DNA of 64,000 nt from contig JAXLNO010001347.1 of the NCBI GenBank assembly GCA_038087875.1, forward strand, positions 1 to 64,000, in the 5' to 3' direction. This stretch comes from Malacoraja senta (taxonomy: Eukaryota). The notes beneath the pieces were generated by a model. That model saw only the letters and a program-made list of their open reading frames with translations. It did no database searches and had not been told where the DNA came from. The position numbers and the translations under genes are program-made. Shown here in pieces: positions 12,430 through 25,680 of the stretch; the first letter of the stretch is position 1; each line of letters begins with the position of its first letter.

Positions 12430-13300
12430 CCTCCCCTTCCCCTGCACCAACATGGTCCTTTTCAAAGTCAGAAATGGCCCCCGGTGAGTAGTGTGACATA
12501 GTTGTCCACGCCATCCTCCCCAACATCTCCCCACCACAGTCCAGGTGGGTGGAACTGCCCTTGACCTATAGATCCAGTCGCAGCCCAAGAACTACCCGCA
12601 ATGTCTTCACTTCATGCTCCAGCACAGTTCCTTCGGGCACTCTCCGACAATCTACCATGGACCCCTCCTATTTCTCATCCTCAAGCTGCCCTTCGGTGAC
12701 ATCAGCTGACGTTTCACCGTTGCTTCCACAAGTTGACTGTGGACACCAGCTTGACCTCGCTAGCACCTCCCTCGACCCCTCCATAGTCTCCACATTCCCA
12801 GACTACACGTGGGACATCCAGGACTGCATGAGCAGAATTCCCCCCCAACTGAACACTTTGAATCCCAAAGCCATTGTCTTCAGTCCCACCACAACCCCTT
12901 TCTCCAGCCAGCAATTCCATTCCATTCAAATCCCAGAATATTTGGGGGTCAGACTGGTGATTCCGTGGCAGCAAACCAAACTCCAGGATGGTGTGTTGCC
13001 TCCCTGGTGCCAGGGTCCAGGATGTCTCCCAGCAGCTGTGGGACATTCTCAAGGACGAAGGTGAACAGCCAGAAGGCGGTGGGCACTTTGGCACAAATGG
13101 GATGGGTAGGAAAAGGGATGAGGTCTGATAGTTTCCCTACCACTGACATGAGTCACACTACATCAACAACTCTCCAACCCTTCCACAAACTCACCTGTGG
13201 CCAGAGAACACACACAGATCTTTATCAAGGCTCGCTGGGCTCGTCATCTCCAGATTCCTCCCGGGGTCATGTGTTAGTGAAGGTAGGAATAGGAAGAAAG
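12430..13300 (+). mobile_element. Degenerate L2-clade LINE fragments
   Basis: HQLDLASTSLDPSIVS...DIQDCMSR...QLN matches the L2 RT thumb region; rearranged and decayed. Confidence 0.6.
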
Positions 13301-13499
13301 GACAGATGAATGTATGGCTCAGGACTTGGTGCAGGGGGCAGAGATTCAGATTTAGATCTTTCTGCCATTGGCATCTCTTCTGGGGCAGACGTCACCTCTA
13401 CAAGAGGGATAGATTGTATCTGAAATGGAGGGGACCAATATGTTTGCAGGGAGGTGCACTAGTGTTACAAAGAGGGCTAAACTGGAGAGGCAGGGGGGT

Positions 13500-16235
13500 G
13501 ATGGGGTGGAGATGAAGATAAGTAATTCTCAAAGGAAGGACAGGCAGAGGGAGGTGAATTTATATAGTGAAACTGATGGGTGGAGGTATGTTCATTTCAA
13601 TGCAAGGAGTATTGTGGGCAATGTAGATGAACTTAGAGCCCAGATCGCTGTTGGGGACTATGATGTTGTGGTCATTGTGGAAATATGGTTGTGACAGGGA
13701 CATGACTAGCAGCTCAATGTTCTGTGTTTCTATGGGAAAAAGATGGGGGAATTGCTCTATTAATCAGGGAAAATATCTTGTTGGCACTCAGAGTGGAGAC
13801 TCTGGATGGTTTGTCCATTGAGGTGATATGGGTAGAGCAATGTGAAAATAAGAAAGGTGCAAGCAATTCAACGGAATTGTATCAGAGGTCCCCCAAGAGT
13901 GAGCAGGAAATAGAGGAACAGATGTGGACACAGATTACTGAAAGTTTACACAAATGGATGTCTTGGGGGGTGACTAATGGTATATCCAATAGGATGTTTT
14001 GTAACAGTTGTGAATAGTGCAACGTGAGAAAGGAATCCAAAATGGACCTTGTGTTGGGAAATGAGTCTGGCCAAGTGACTGATGTTTTAGTGAAAGAGTA
14101 TTTTGGAGACAGTGAATACAACTCCATAAGTTTTAAGATTGGTTTCAATAGGGATAAGTCTGTTCTGTGCGACAAGACATTAATTTGAGTAAGGCAAATG
14201 ACACCATTATTAGGCAGGAGCTTGGTAAGGTAGACTCAGAGCAGTTGTTATTAAGTTACTCCAAGTCTGAGATTGAGAATTGTCTGAAGGTCAGTTGATC
14301 CAAACTCAAGACCGGCAAGTTCCAGTAAGGAGGAGAGATAAGGCTGGCAAAGTAAGGGAACCTGAGATGACCAAATAAATTTGTAAATTTGGTCAAAAAT
14401 AGAAAGGAAACACATGCAAGGTTCAAGAATATGATAGCAGAGAGGGCCATTGAGGAATATAAAGCAAGGAGGAAAGAACTCAAGCGGGCGATTAGAAGGG
14501 AGAAAATAGGCCACAAAATGGCTATGGCGATTTGGAGTAAAGAAAGTTCCAAGGCTTCTTATACTTACATTACAATCAAGATGGTAGACAAGGAGAAGGT
14601 AAACAAGGATAAATGAAGGAAACTGAAACTGGAGATAGGGGTTGTAGGTGAGGTGTCAGATAAATCCAGGGATGAGAGGAGCAAGGGAAAAGGAAACAAA
14701 TGAAATAAAATAAAATATGTCAGTAAAAAGGTGGGGTGGATTGTTTGGCGATTTGTTGCCTGAAAGTCAAGAATTCAATGTTCATACCATTAAGTTGTCA
14801 GATACCCAAGAGAAATATGAAGTGAGATTTCTTCAGTTTGCATGTGGCCTCACTGGCAATGGAGGAGGCCAAGGACAGAAAGATCAGTTTGGGAATGGGA
14901 GTTAAAATGGTTTATTTGTTTAGAGAGAGAATTCAGCGAATTAAAGAACTGTGAGTCACATGTCAACGGTAGGAAACATTTGGAAAGGATTCTTTGGGAT
15001 AGAATTGACTCCCATTTGGAACAAAATAGATGAGGGGATTAAAGACAGTAGGCATGACTTTTACGTGGCATTGTCTACTGTGATTTTAGTAAGGCACTTG
15101 GTAAAGTCCCCCATGATAGACTGATGCTGAAGATTAATAAGCATGGGATAAACATTGAATTGTTTGTCAGGATTCAGAATGGGCAGACTAGAAAACAGAG
15201 GAAAAGGCAATATTCAGGCAGGAAATCTGTGACCAGTGGAGTTCTATATGGCTCTGCCAGGACCACTGTCGGTCATGATTTATACAATGAATTTAAATGT
15301 AGATGGGTTGGTTAGTACATTTACAGATGAGAACAAGATTGCTGCACTGTGAACAACGCTGTCAAAGTATCAAAGTATGTTGTAAAGTAATGAATGGGAT
15401 ATAGACCAGCTACAGAAATGGGTGGACAAATGACAGATCAAGTTTAATCCAAGCATCTGTGAGGTGTTGCACTTTGGGAGGTTGAATATAAGGGGAAGAT
15501 ATACAATTAACGGCAAGGCCCTTAACAACATTGATGTACAGAGGGACCTTGGGATCCAAGTCCCGAACTCTCTGAAAATGGTAATACAGGTAGATAGAGT
15601 GGCAAAGAAGGCAGATGGCATGCCTTTGGTCGGATCATTGGGTATAAGACTCAGGAAGTCAGGATGTGATGCAGCTTTGTAGGACTTTGGTTAGGCCGGA
15701 TTTCAAGCATTGCATGCAGTTCTGGATGCCCCAAAAAGATGCAGAGGCTTTGGAGACAGGGCTGAGAAGGTTTACAAGAATTATGCCTGTGTTACTGGAT
15801 ATTAGCTACAGGGAGAGGTTGAATAGACTTGGATTGTTTTCTCTGGAATGTTTGACATTGAAGTGAGGCTTGATAGAATTCTACCAAATTATGAGCGGCA
15901 AGGTCAATGTAGACAGTCAGAATCTTTTCCCCAGGATGGAAATATCAAATACAAGAGGGCATGAGGGGCTTTTAGGTGAGAGAGGCAAAGTGTGAAGGAG
16001 ATGTGAAGGACAAGTATTTTACAGTGGTGAGTGGCTGGAACATGCTGCTGGTGGTGATGGAGGGAGATGTGTGAATGGGATTTAAGAGACTTTTGGATAG
16101 GCACATGGACATGCAGGGAATGGAGAGATATGGATTATGTGTAGGCAGATAAGAATTGGTCGTGGCATTATGCTCGACACAGACTTTGTGGGCCGAGGGG
16201 CTTGTTCCTGTGCTGAACTGTTCTATGTTGTAAAT
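13500..16235 (+). mobile_element. Old, heavily mutated CR1 LINE (EN to 3' tail) in the leader-D1 intron
   Basis: FNARSIVGNVDELRAQ, LCRTLVRPDFKHCMQFW, LHFGRLN fragments and a CR1-like 3'UTR. Confidence 0.75.
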
Positions 16236-16634
16236 CACTGTGGAACGAGGAGCAGGCAGGGAGGCAGGAGCATGTTTATACTGTTCCAGGTCTGTCCGAC
16301 AAGGGCCGGGGATGCGGTGTGTACAGGATCGGCCTGATCTCCACCCACATCAGGAAACCCCGTCACAGGGAACACCGGCTGGAGACCCGACACAAACGCC
16401 CTTCCACCTCCGTCTTTCTCCCACTCACTCTTCTCATGTCATGAAGTATCCCTGGATTAGGCCAGGTTATTCCAGCCAGCCATCTATTCACAAACTGTGT
16501 CCGTCTCACTGGAGGTTCTGTGGGAGATCAAAACATTCTGGAAATAAATGAAATTCAAAATTAATAATTACAGACATGGAGTGGAGGAAATGTGCTTAAA
16601 ATGTTAATTCCTACATTTTTCCTATTTCCAACAG

Positions 16635-16976
16635 AAATCAGAAATCAGATTTATTTCTTGGATAATGGAGGCGACATTGTGTTAAAAGGACCGGACAATC
16701 CTGGGAGTGACACTGTTGTCTGGGAATGGGAACCACACTCAGGGCCGGGAAAACAGACAGTGGTAATTCTCCGCGTCCAGGGCAAGGGCATGTGGAGCAG
16801 ACAGTGGGGCGATGGCTGGGGAAACGCAGACAAGAACCAGGAGGTGGATGTGGATGACCGTACTGTTAATCTGGCAATAAAAAAACCCAGATTTAAATGG
16901 TCAGGATTGTTCACTTTGACCGAAACACATCCGAGGAACCAGATCCTGAAACGATATGAAATATATGGGATCAAAG
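16635..16976 (+). CDS. CD4/LAG-3-like receptor: D1 exon (V-like Ig domain lacking cysteines)
   Basis: ttccaacag| ... G|gtgagt, 342 nt, phase 1-1, open; IVLKGP..VVWEW..VNLAIK..SGLFTL..KRYEIYGIK strand pattern. Confidence 0.88.
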
Positions 16977-17863
16977 GTGAGTGGGCGAGACACGGATCAA
17001 CAATATGTTTCTCTGTAAATAATGTCACGTGTAATGATGAAATATGGCGGGAATTGTGAGACTTCTTCCACCCGATGAATCTCCCAATGAAACAATTGGG
17101 GGAAAGATTTTTCTTCATTGATTCTGTGGGCCTGGGGTGAGATTGTCGAGTGACACTGCTGCTCAATGTTACCCAGTGAACCAGGTCCATGCCTCACTTG
17201 GTTGTGATCTCAGAGGAAGTCCTTCATCTGTGGAACTTACACTGGTGGGAGAGTTCCCACCTTGAGGGCGGTTGGGGGAGACATGACAGGGACAAATGGA
17301 CAAACGTATCAATCCAGTTACATCTAAACGTTGTTTGCATTCACTGGTCAGAGTGTTGCCGGTTGCACCAGCAGTGTCACGGTGAACAGCCGGCATTTAC
17401 CTGTGTGAATATGTACAGCTTCAGGACTTCCACCCATGCGTTTCACAACGAGGAATTCCACAACTTGCTGACAGTTCTTGCGGTGAATCTGCCAGCGCTC
17501 CCCTTCACTTCTCCATGTGGAGACCAGGACTAGAGCAGGAATATGCTGATATTCCCCGACTCTGGAACTGGGAAAACTGCTCCCAGATCCGGTGCCTGCA
17601 GGGGTGGAGACTCTTCAGGAATCAAAACTAATCGTTATTGTAGAATTAAGACTCTTTCATGATAAAAAAAATGAAATATTCAATATTAATAAATGTGTTT
17701 ACTTCTAGAAGTTGGTGCCACTCAGAACCATTCCAACATTCCTGGGATGGCAGGACTTTCATATGAAGAAAGACTGGATAGACTCGGCTTGTACTCGCTA
17801 GAATTTAGAAGATTGAGGGGGCATCTTATAGAAACTTACAAAATTCTTAAGGGGTTGGACAGG

Positions 17864-20800
17864 ATAGAAACATAGAAATTAGGTGCATGAGTAGGCCATT
17901 CGGCCCTTCGAGCCTGCACCGCCATTCAATATGATCATGGCTGATCATCCAACTCAGTATCCCGTACCTGCCTTCTCTCCATACCCTCTGATCCCTTTAG
18001 CCACAAGGGCCGCATCTAGCTCCCTCTTAAATATAGCCAATGAACTGGCCTCGACTACCCTCTGTGGCAGAGAGTTCCAGAGATTCACCACTCTCTGTGT
18101 GAAAAAAGTTCTTCTCATCTCGGTTTTAAAGGATTTCCCCATTATCCTTAAGCTGTGACCCCTTGTCCTGGACTTCCCCAACATCGGGAGCAATCTTCCT
18201 GCATCTAGCCTGTCCAACCCCTTAAGAATTTTGTAAGTTTCTATAAGATCCCCTCTCAATCTCCTAAATTCTAGAGAGTATAAACCAAGTCTATCCAGTC
18301 TTTCTTCATAAGACAGTCCTGACATCCCAGGAATCAGTCTGGTGAACCTTCTCTGCACTCCCTCTATGGCAATAATGTCCTTCCTCAGATTTGGAGACCA
18401 AAACTGTACGCAATACACCAAGACCCTGTACAACTGCAGTAGAACCTCCCTGCTCCTATACTCAAATCCTTTTGCTATGAAAGCTAACATACCATTCGCT
18501 TTCTTCACTGCCTGCTGCACCTGCATGCCTACTTTCAATGACTGGTGTACCATGACACCCAGGTCTCGCTGCATCTCCCCTTTTCCTAGTCGGCCACCAT
18601 TTAGAAAATAGTCTGCTTTCCTGTTTTTGCCACCAAAATGGATAACCTCACATTTATCCACATTATACTGCATCTGCCAAACATTTGCCCACTCACCCAG
18701 CCTATCCAAGTCACCTTGCAGTCTCCTAGCATCATCCTCACAGCTAACACTGCCCCCCAGCTTAGTGTCATCCGCAAACTTGGAGATATTGCCTTCAATT
18801 CCCTCATCCAGGTCATTAATATATATTGTAAATAGCTGGGGTCCCAGCACTGAGCCTTGCGGTACCCCACTAGTCACTGCCTGCCATTGTGAAAAGGACC
18901 CGTTTACTCCTACTCTTTGCTTCCTGTTTGCCAGCCAGTTTTCTATCCACATCAATACTGAACCCCCAATGCCATGTGCTTTAAGTTTGTATACTAATCT
19001 CTTATTTGGGACCTTGTCGAAAGTCTTCTGGAAGTCCAGATACACCACATCCACTGGTTCTCCCCTATCCACGCTACTAGTTACATCCTCGAAAAATTCT
19101 ATAAGATTCGTCAGACACGATTTACCTTTCGTAAATCCATGCTGACTTTGTCCAATGATTTCACCACTTTCCAAATGTGCTGCTATCCCATCTTTAATAA
19201 CTGACTCTAGCAGTTTCCCCACTACCGATGTTAGACTAACTGGTCTGTAATTCCCCGTTTTCTCTCTCCCTCCCTTCTTAAAAAGTGGGGTTACGTTTGC
19301 TACCCGCCAATCCTCAGGAACTACTCCAGAATCTAAAGAATTTTGAAAGATTATTACTAATGCATCCACTATTTCTGGAGCTACTTCCTTAAGTACTCTG
19401 GGATGCAGCCTATCTGGCCCTGGGGATTTATCGGCCTTTAATCCATTCAATTTACCCAAAACCACTTCCCGACTAACCTGGATTTCACTCAATTCCTCCA
19501 ACTCCTTTTACCCGCGGTCCCCTGCTATTTCCGGCAGATTATTTATGTCTTCCTTAGTGAAGACGGAACCAAAGTAGTTATTCAATTGGTCCGCCATATC
19601 CTTGTTCCCCATGATCAACTCACCTGTTTCTGACTGCAAGGGACCTACATTTGTTTTAACTAATCTCTTTCTTTTTACATATTTATAAAAAATTTTGCAG
19701 TCAGTTTTTATGTTCCCTGCCAGTTTTCTTTCATAATCTATTTTTCCTTTCCTAATTAAGCCCTTTGTCCTCCTCTGCTGGTCTCTGAATTTCTCCCAGT
19801 CCTCTGGTATGCTGCTTTTTCTGGCTAATTTGTACGCATCATCTTTCGCTTTGATACCATCCCTGATTTCCCTTGTTATCCACGGATGCACTACATTCCC
19901 TGATTTATTCTTTTGCCAAACTGGGATGAACAATTTTTGTAGTTCATCCATGCAGTCTTTAAATGTCTTCCATTGCATGTCCACCGTCAACCCTTTTAGA
20001 ATTAATTGCCAGTCAATCATGGCCAATTCATGTCTCATACCCTCAAAGTTACCTTTCTTTAAGTTCAGAAGCATTGTTTCTGAATTAACAATGTCACTCT
20101 CCATCCTAATGAAGAACTCAACCATATTATGGTCACTCTTGCCCAAGGGGGCACGTACAACAAGACTGCTAACTAACCCTTCCTCATTACTCAATACCCA
20201 GTCTAAAATAGCCTGCTCTCTCGTTGGTTCCTCTACATGTTGATTTAGATAACTATCCCGCATACATTCCAAGAAATCCTCTTCCTCAGCACCCCTGCCA
20301 ATTTGATTCACCCAATCTATATGTAGATTGAAGTCACCCATTATAACTGTTTTGCCTTTGTCGCACGCATTTCTAATTTCCTGTTTGATACCATCTCCAA
20401 CTTCACTACTACTGTTAGGTGGCCTGTACACAACACCCACCAGCGTTTTCTGCCCCTTAGTGTTTCGCAGCTCTACCCATACCGATTCCACATCCTCGAA
20501 CCTAATGTCCTTCCTTTCCATTGCGTTAATCTCCGCTCTAATCATCAATGCTACCCCACCTCCTTTTCCTTTCTCTCTATCCCTCCGGAATATTGAATAT
20601 CCCTGGATGTTCAGCTCCCAGCCTTGGTCACCCTGGAGCCATGTCTCCGTGATCCCAACTATTTCATAGTCATTAATAGCTATCTGCACATTCAACTCAT
20701 CCACCTTATTACGAATGCTCCTTGCATTGAGACACAAAGCCTTCAGGCTTGTTTTTACAACACTCTTACCCCTTATACAATTATGTTGAAAAGTGGCCCT

Positions 20801-20976
20801 TTTTGATTTTTGCCCTGGTTTTGTCTGTCTTCCACTTTTACTTTTCACCTTGCTACCTATTGCTTCTACCCTCATTTTACACTCCTCTGTCTCTACGCTC
20901 ACACATTTAAGAAACCCTTTCCCTTTAACTCCATCCTCCACTATCCCATTCGACACCCCACCCCCCTTATTCAGTT
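17864..20976 (-). mobile_element. Young CR1 LINE, near-intact ORF2 (APE+RT), nested in a + strand CR1 3' fragment (17738-17863 and 20977-21324)
   Basis: ORFs 19508..20956 and 17954..19501 share one frame, separated by a single TAA; 15-nt deletion of RPHLE. The host reads ttggacagg|...|atgcaggaag. Confidence 0.95.
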
Positions 20977-22122
20977 ATGCAGGAAGATTATTCCCGATGT
21001 TGGGGAAGTCCAGAACTAGGGGTCACAGTTTAAGGATAAGAGGGAAGTCTTTTAAGACCGAGATGAGAAAATCATTTTTTACACAGAGAGTGGTGAATCT
21101 GTGGAATTCTCTGCCACAGAAGGTAATTGACGCCAGTTCATTGGCTATATTTAAGAGGGAGTTAGATGTGGCCCTTGTGGCTAAAGGGATCAGGGGGTAT
21201 GGAGAGAAGGCAGGGATGGGATACTGAGTTGGATGATCAGCCATGATCATATCGAATGGCGGTGCAGGCTCGAAGGGCCGAATGGCCTATTCCTGCACCT
21301 ATTTTCTATGTTTCTAAGTTTCTAACAGCTTGGGAGCTTTAGCAGATGATGAACAAGGCCTTTGCCTCCTGTAGATAATTCTCCATAGGTGTAAAGGGAT
21401 TGGGATTTGTTCATTGCTCTAACGTTTGCCGACATACAGTGAATGAGGTCGGATCCAACTACTTTGATCTTCATGTTTTCCCCAGCGAAATCTCATTTGC
21501 AGAATATTCTATGCTGCAGGAGTACATGCTGAGGGACACACTGAAGATCAGTGCAGACAAAGCAAAGGCATTGTGGAATAGAACTACAGTCCATGGACCT
21601 TCTGCCACCAGTCCCCGCCGAGCCAAATCTAATGTATAAACCTCTGAAACACTTGAATTGGTATAATCTCATGATGCAGCATGAGTGTCAAGAGTGTTAT
21701 GTACACAAAATGTGTGAACACTGTCAAAGTGAGGAACAATAACACTATGTCTGTGTAGTCTGGACAATATCAAATTCAGATTTAGATTCATATTAGTTCA
21801 TTGTCATATACATTTGGGTAAAACACATTCATTGTTCAGATAAAGTAAATTATAATAAAAGGTACATTAAAAAATGCAACAAAAGCAAAATAGCAGAATG
21901 GTGCAGAGATTGCAGTGCAGTCTGAAGTAATGCAACATAAAACTAACGTTTATGAAAATGCCCCAGGGGATAATGAGTGTTTGTGGCTCTGAGCTTGGAC
22001 TAGCTGGAGTTTAGAAGAATGAGGGGCGGGTCTAGGTTTTCAGTTGAGGTGAGATTGAGGCCATTCATTGGACTTGTACAAACCACTACTCACTCTGAAT
22101 CTCATTGATCTGTTTTTCACAG

Positions 22123-22389
22123 TTGAGGCAAGTCCACGGATCATTCTGCTGGGCAGTGACGTCACACTCAGCTGCACCATCTCCAGACTCTCAGATACAG
22201 TCAGTCTTCACTGGAGACCCATGGACTCATCCCAGCAGAACAGGAACAACACTGATCAGATCCGCCTGGATAACACGGTCTATCTGATGGTTCAACACGT
22301 TACAGTGGAGGATGGGAAGTATGTGTGTGATGTGCAGGAAAACGGAAACATTGTTCACACAAGTAACGGAGATTTTACTGTAGACAACT
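22123..22389 (+). CDS. CD4/LAG-3-like receptor: D2 exon (C2-type Ig)
   Basis: tttttcacag| ... T|gtgagt, 267 nt, phase 1-1; DVTLSCTIS..LHW..DGKYVCDV. Confidence 0.95.
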
Positions 22390-23811
22390 GTGAGTGTAAA
22401 CACCTCCCATTGGATATCAAGTAGACACTTGTATCACGGTGCTTCTTGTAATATTATGTGTGCGCCCTGTGAAGAACTGTGGCAGTGACCAACTGCTATC
22501 CAGTATAAAATGCTGCAATGATCAGGGAGAAGTTTACAGAAAGTCTCTCTGTGGAGCAGCTGCCTGCTTGTCTCTGTGTGACAGACACACAGCACAGGAG
22601 GGGGATGTCTTTCTGTAACCATTGTTCAGTCAAGTATTTTGTCAGTTTATCTTGCCATCAATGCTCCAGTATGTGAGACTGAGATACTGATACAGGACTC
22701 ACGTCAAAGTGTCAGATATAAAGTGTAGTCACCATGACAACCACCAGCACTTGCTGCTCACACTCACACTGGGGGTCCCGGCCCACACATCAGCACTGAA
22801 CAACAATCCATCCCCTCTCCCCTCACTGACCCTTCTCTCCGAGTCTGGTGTTGCTTGAAGTGATTCCAGCTGCTGCAGACTCGGGTTTCGGATCAGCATT
22901 CAGCTGGGAGCAGGACCCGGGAACAGGGAAGGACAGGGAATCAATGGGTGTGAATGGGAGAGGGATGGTGAGAATAATGGGAATGAAGGGACGGGAAGAC
23001 CCGACCCACTTGAAGTGCCAACCTGTCCGGGTCAGTCCCCGCGCAGGCATCCTCTGGGCTGCTTCTGTCCGCAGACTGAACCTGCACCACCTCCTGCAGA
23101 CAGACTGACAGAGACATTCACCTCCCATACCGCTCTCAAGTCAAGTCAAGTGAGTTTATTGTCATGTGTCCCTGATAGGACAATGAAATTCTTGCTTTGC
23201 TTCAGCACAACAGAACATAGTAGGCATTGACTACAAGGCATTCTATAAATATATACACACATGAATCAATATACTGATAAAGTGCAAATAACAGTATTGG
23301 CTAATAAAGTTCAGTGTTATGTCCGAGCCAGGTTTAATAGCCTGATGGCTGTGGGGAAGTAGCTGTTCGTGAACCTGGTCGTTGCAGTCTTCAGGCTCCT
23401 GTACCTTCTACCTGAAGGTAGTAGGGAGATGAGTGTGTGGCCAGGATGTTGTGGGTCCTTCATGATATTGCCAGCCTTTTTGAGGCAGCAACTGTGATAG
23501 ATCCCCTCGGGAGTCTCCGGGAGGTTTCATTCCATCTCGGGAGATTCCCGGACAGTCCGGGTGTGGGGGCGAACCTAATGTTGAAATGTAGAGTGGAATA
23601 TCCAAACTTCACTGCAATTAACTGCCGTACAGGACATTGTATTTTATAAAGATCTGATGAGTTTAGTGCGGCATTCATGAAAGATGTTACATTTGAAACT
23701 TGATCAGCTGAACAAAACACCACGAATGTTTATAAGAATACGGTTGAGAATCTCTGTATGGCACGGTAACTGTAATACTGAAAGGAGTTATCCTCTGTCT
23801 CTCTGATACAG

Positions 23812-24147
23812 ATTTATATAATGGGAAATACACACTTTACCGCTCCAGCACAGATCACAGTGAACTTCACCTGGTTTGTTCTGGTTATATCCTTTCCCGT
23901 ACTGAGGGGATCTGGAAATCACGTCGCCTTCAACAACAGCAGAAAGTAATAGCATCTGCAAGACGTTCTCAGCCCATCAATGTCAATGGGACCGACTTCG
24001 GGAATCGACTGGTGACCTCTGGGAAACCCTTCGATGGCAAGGATTTCAGTGTGAGGATTGTCCCCGTTTTGTTTCAAGATGCCGGAGTTTACACATGTTT
24101 TCTGGATTTAAATCCATTTCCCACCATTGATCTAATCACAGTGAAAG
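23812..24147 (+). CDS. CD4/LAG-3-like receptor: D3 exon (V-set Ig)
   Basis: ctctgatacag| ... G|gtagga, 336 nt, phase 1-1; ELHLVCSG..GIW..FGNRL..DFSVRI..QDAGVYTC. Confidence 0.95.
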
Positions 24148-24225
24148 GTAGGAGTCAGAATGATGCCACTGAGTTTACTGATGAACTTATTGTTTAAAAT
24201 GTAAACAACCTGCTTGTTTCCACAG

Positions 24226-24486
24226 TCACAGCTGAACCGTCTGATGCAGTGACTGAGGGAGACACCGTTACCCTGACCTGCTCTGTGTCTCACGTCATTG
24301 AGTCAATGAGACTGGTTTGGATCAATGGCGATGGCAAAAGTGTTGCAGAAAAGACACTGACCAGGAAAGAGAAATCACAGAGTCTGGTTATTCAGAAAGC
24401 TGAGAGAGGCAGAGGGAACTGGATATGTGGTTTGTTTCATCAAGACCTGCCCCGGCTTTTTGTCCCGTACTATCAGGAGCCCCGTG
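24226..24486 (+). CDS. CD4/LAG-3-like receptor: D4 exon (C2-type Ig with WxC)
   Basis: gtttccacag| ... G|gtaagt, 261 nt, after a 78-nt intron; EGDTVTLTCSV..LVW..GNWICGL (CD4/LAG-3 WxC hallmark). Confidence 0.95.
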
Positions 24487-24879
24487 GTAAGTGATAAGGG
24501 TTGTTCTTCATATTTAGAGTCATGATTGAGTTTTGATGTCGCTTATTGATCCTGAAATTTGAGTGGAATATTTTCTTCCAGTTTGAGTGGTCTAACTCTG
24601 TTATGATCAATGAATTCTCAAATTTCAAATAACACTCCCCGAAACCCACTCCCCCCCCCCCTTCATTGTGCATGCATTTATCCCACCACCCAGTTATCCT
24701 ATTCTCTTCCCTTCCTCTTTCAACTCATTTCCCACCCCTTCCAATTGCAGAGTTTTCCTTTTATGTTCTTGCTCCACTTCCACCCATATCCCTCCCTCTG
24801 TTACTGATCTGACTGTAGATCAGTCAGTATTAGTTCACCTGATCTATGTCATGTTTTACTGCTTGCCACTGTGTACTCA

Positions 24880-25680
24880 AACAGTCATCTGGTTGAACCA
24901 GGACTTATATAAAGGATTTCAAGATTATGTAAAAGGATACACTATAGAAACGAAACAGAAATGGGAATTGGAAATGAATATTATTATTACTGACGAAATG
25001 TGGGAAAAGACATGTATTTTGGGTCATAAGTTAACAAACAGCCCCACCTGGAGGGAGTTTGAATGGAAAACTAGAATGAGAGTATTTAAAACTCCTCTTA
25101 TGTTAGCAAGATACAGCAACACTTCAGATTTATGCTGGAGACAATGCGGGAAGATTGGCGATCATACCTATATTTTTGGGATTGTCCCAAATTGTATCAA
25201 TATTAGAGAGACATTCAGGCAGAGATCAAGCTAATCTTGGGGGTGGATCTACCTCTGGAGCCGGCATGCTTCATACTAGGAGAGATTCCAGAAAATATAG
25301 ATACCAAAACTCAGACATACTTGCTTGGGGTGTTGCTGTTGATTGCAAAGAAGATGATTACAGTGTCATGGAGAAATGTAAAGCCACCAAATGTTCAACA
25401 GTGGAGGGAAAGACTGAAAAGTGTATATATGATGGAAAGTATAACAGCTAAACTCCAGTTAAGGACTGATGCTTTCAACATTATGTGGACACCGGTATTA
25501 CTACAACTGCCAAGACTGATTAAGGACACGATTTCTCCATAGCCCCAGTGGAGGGGAGGAGTTCGACTGGTATTGTATATGTGTATTTGGAGCCATATGT
25601 ACAGACTTGATTGTGACTGTGTATAAGTACATAGATAGGGGCGATCAATGACAAAATAAGTTCTTCTAGTGGCATACAAG
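24880..25680 (+). mobile_element. L1-clade LINE 3' fragment in the D4-TM intron
   Basis: KWELEMNI..WEK..CWRQCGKIGDHTYIF and LLLIAKKMITVSW...W are ORF2 C-terminal Cys-domain motifs. Confidence 0.85.

Noticed and set aside
17430-17500. Minus-strand GRFTARTVSK peptide resembling an antigen-receptor V segment
   Set aside because: Better explained as a decayed CR1 3' region (FTQRVV.LWNSL); no YYC or RSS.
22820-23130. Purine-rich intronic segment with ORFs on both strands (also 16240-16450)
   Set aside because: No domain, no consistent splice pair; left unexplained.
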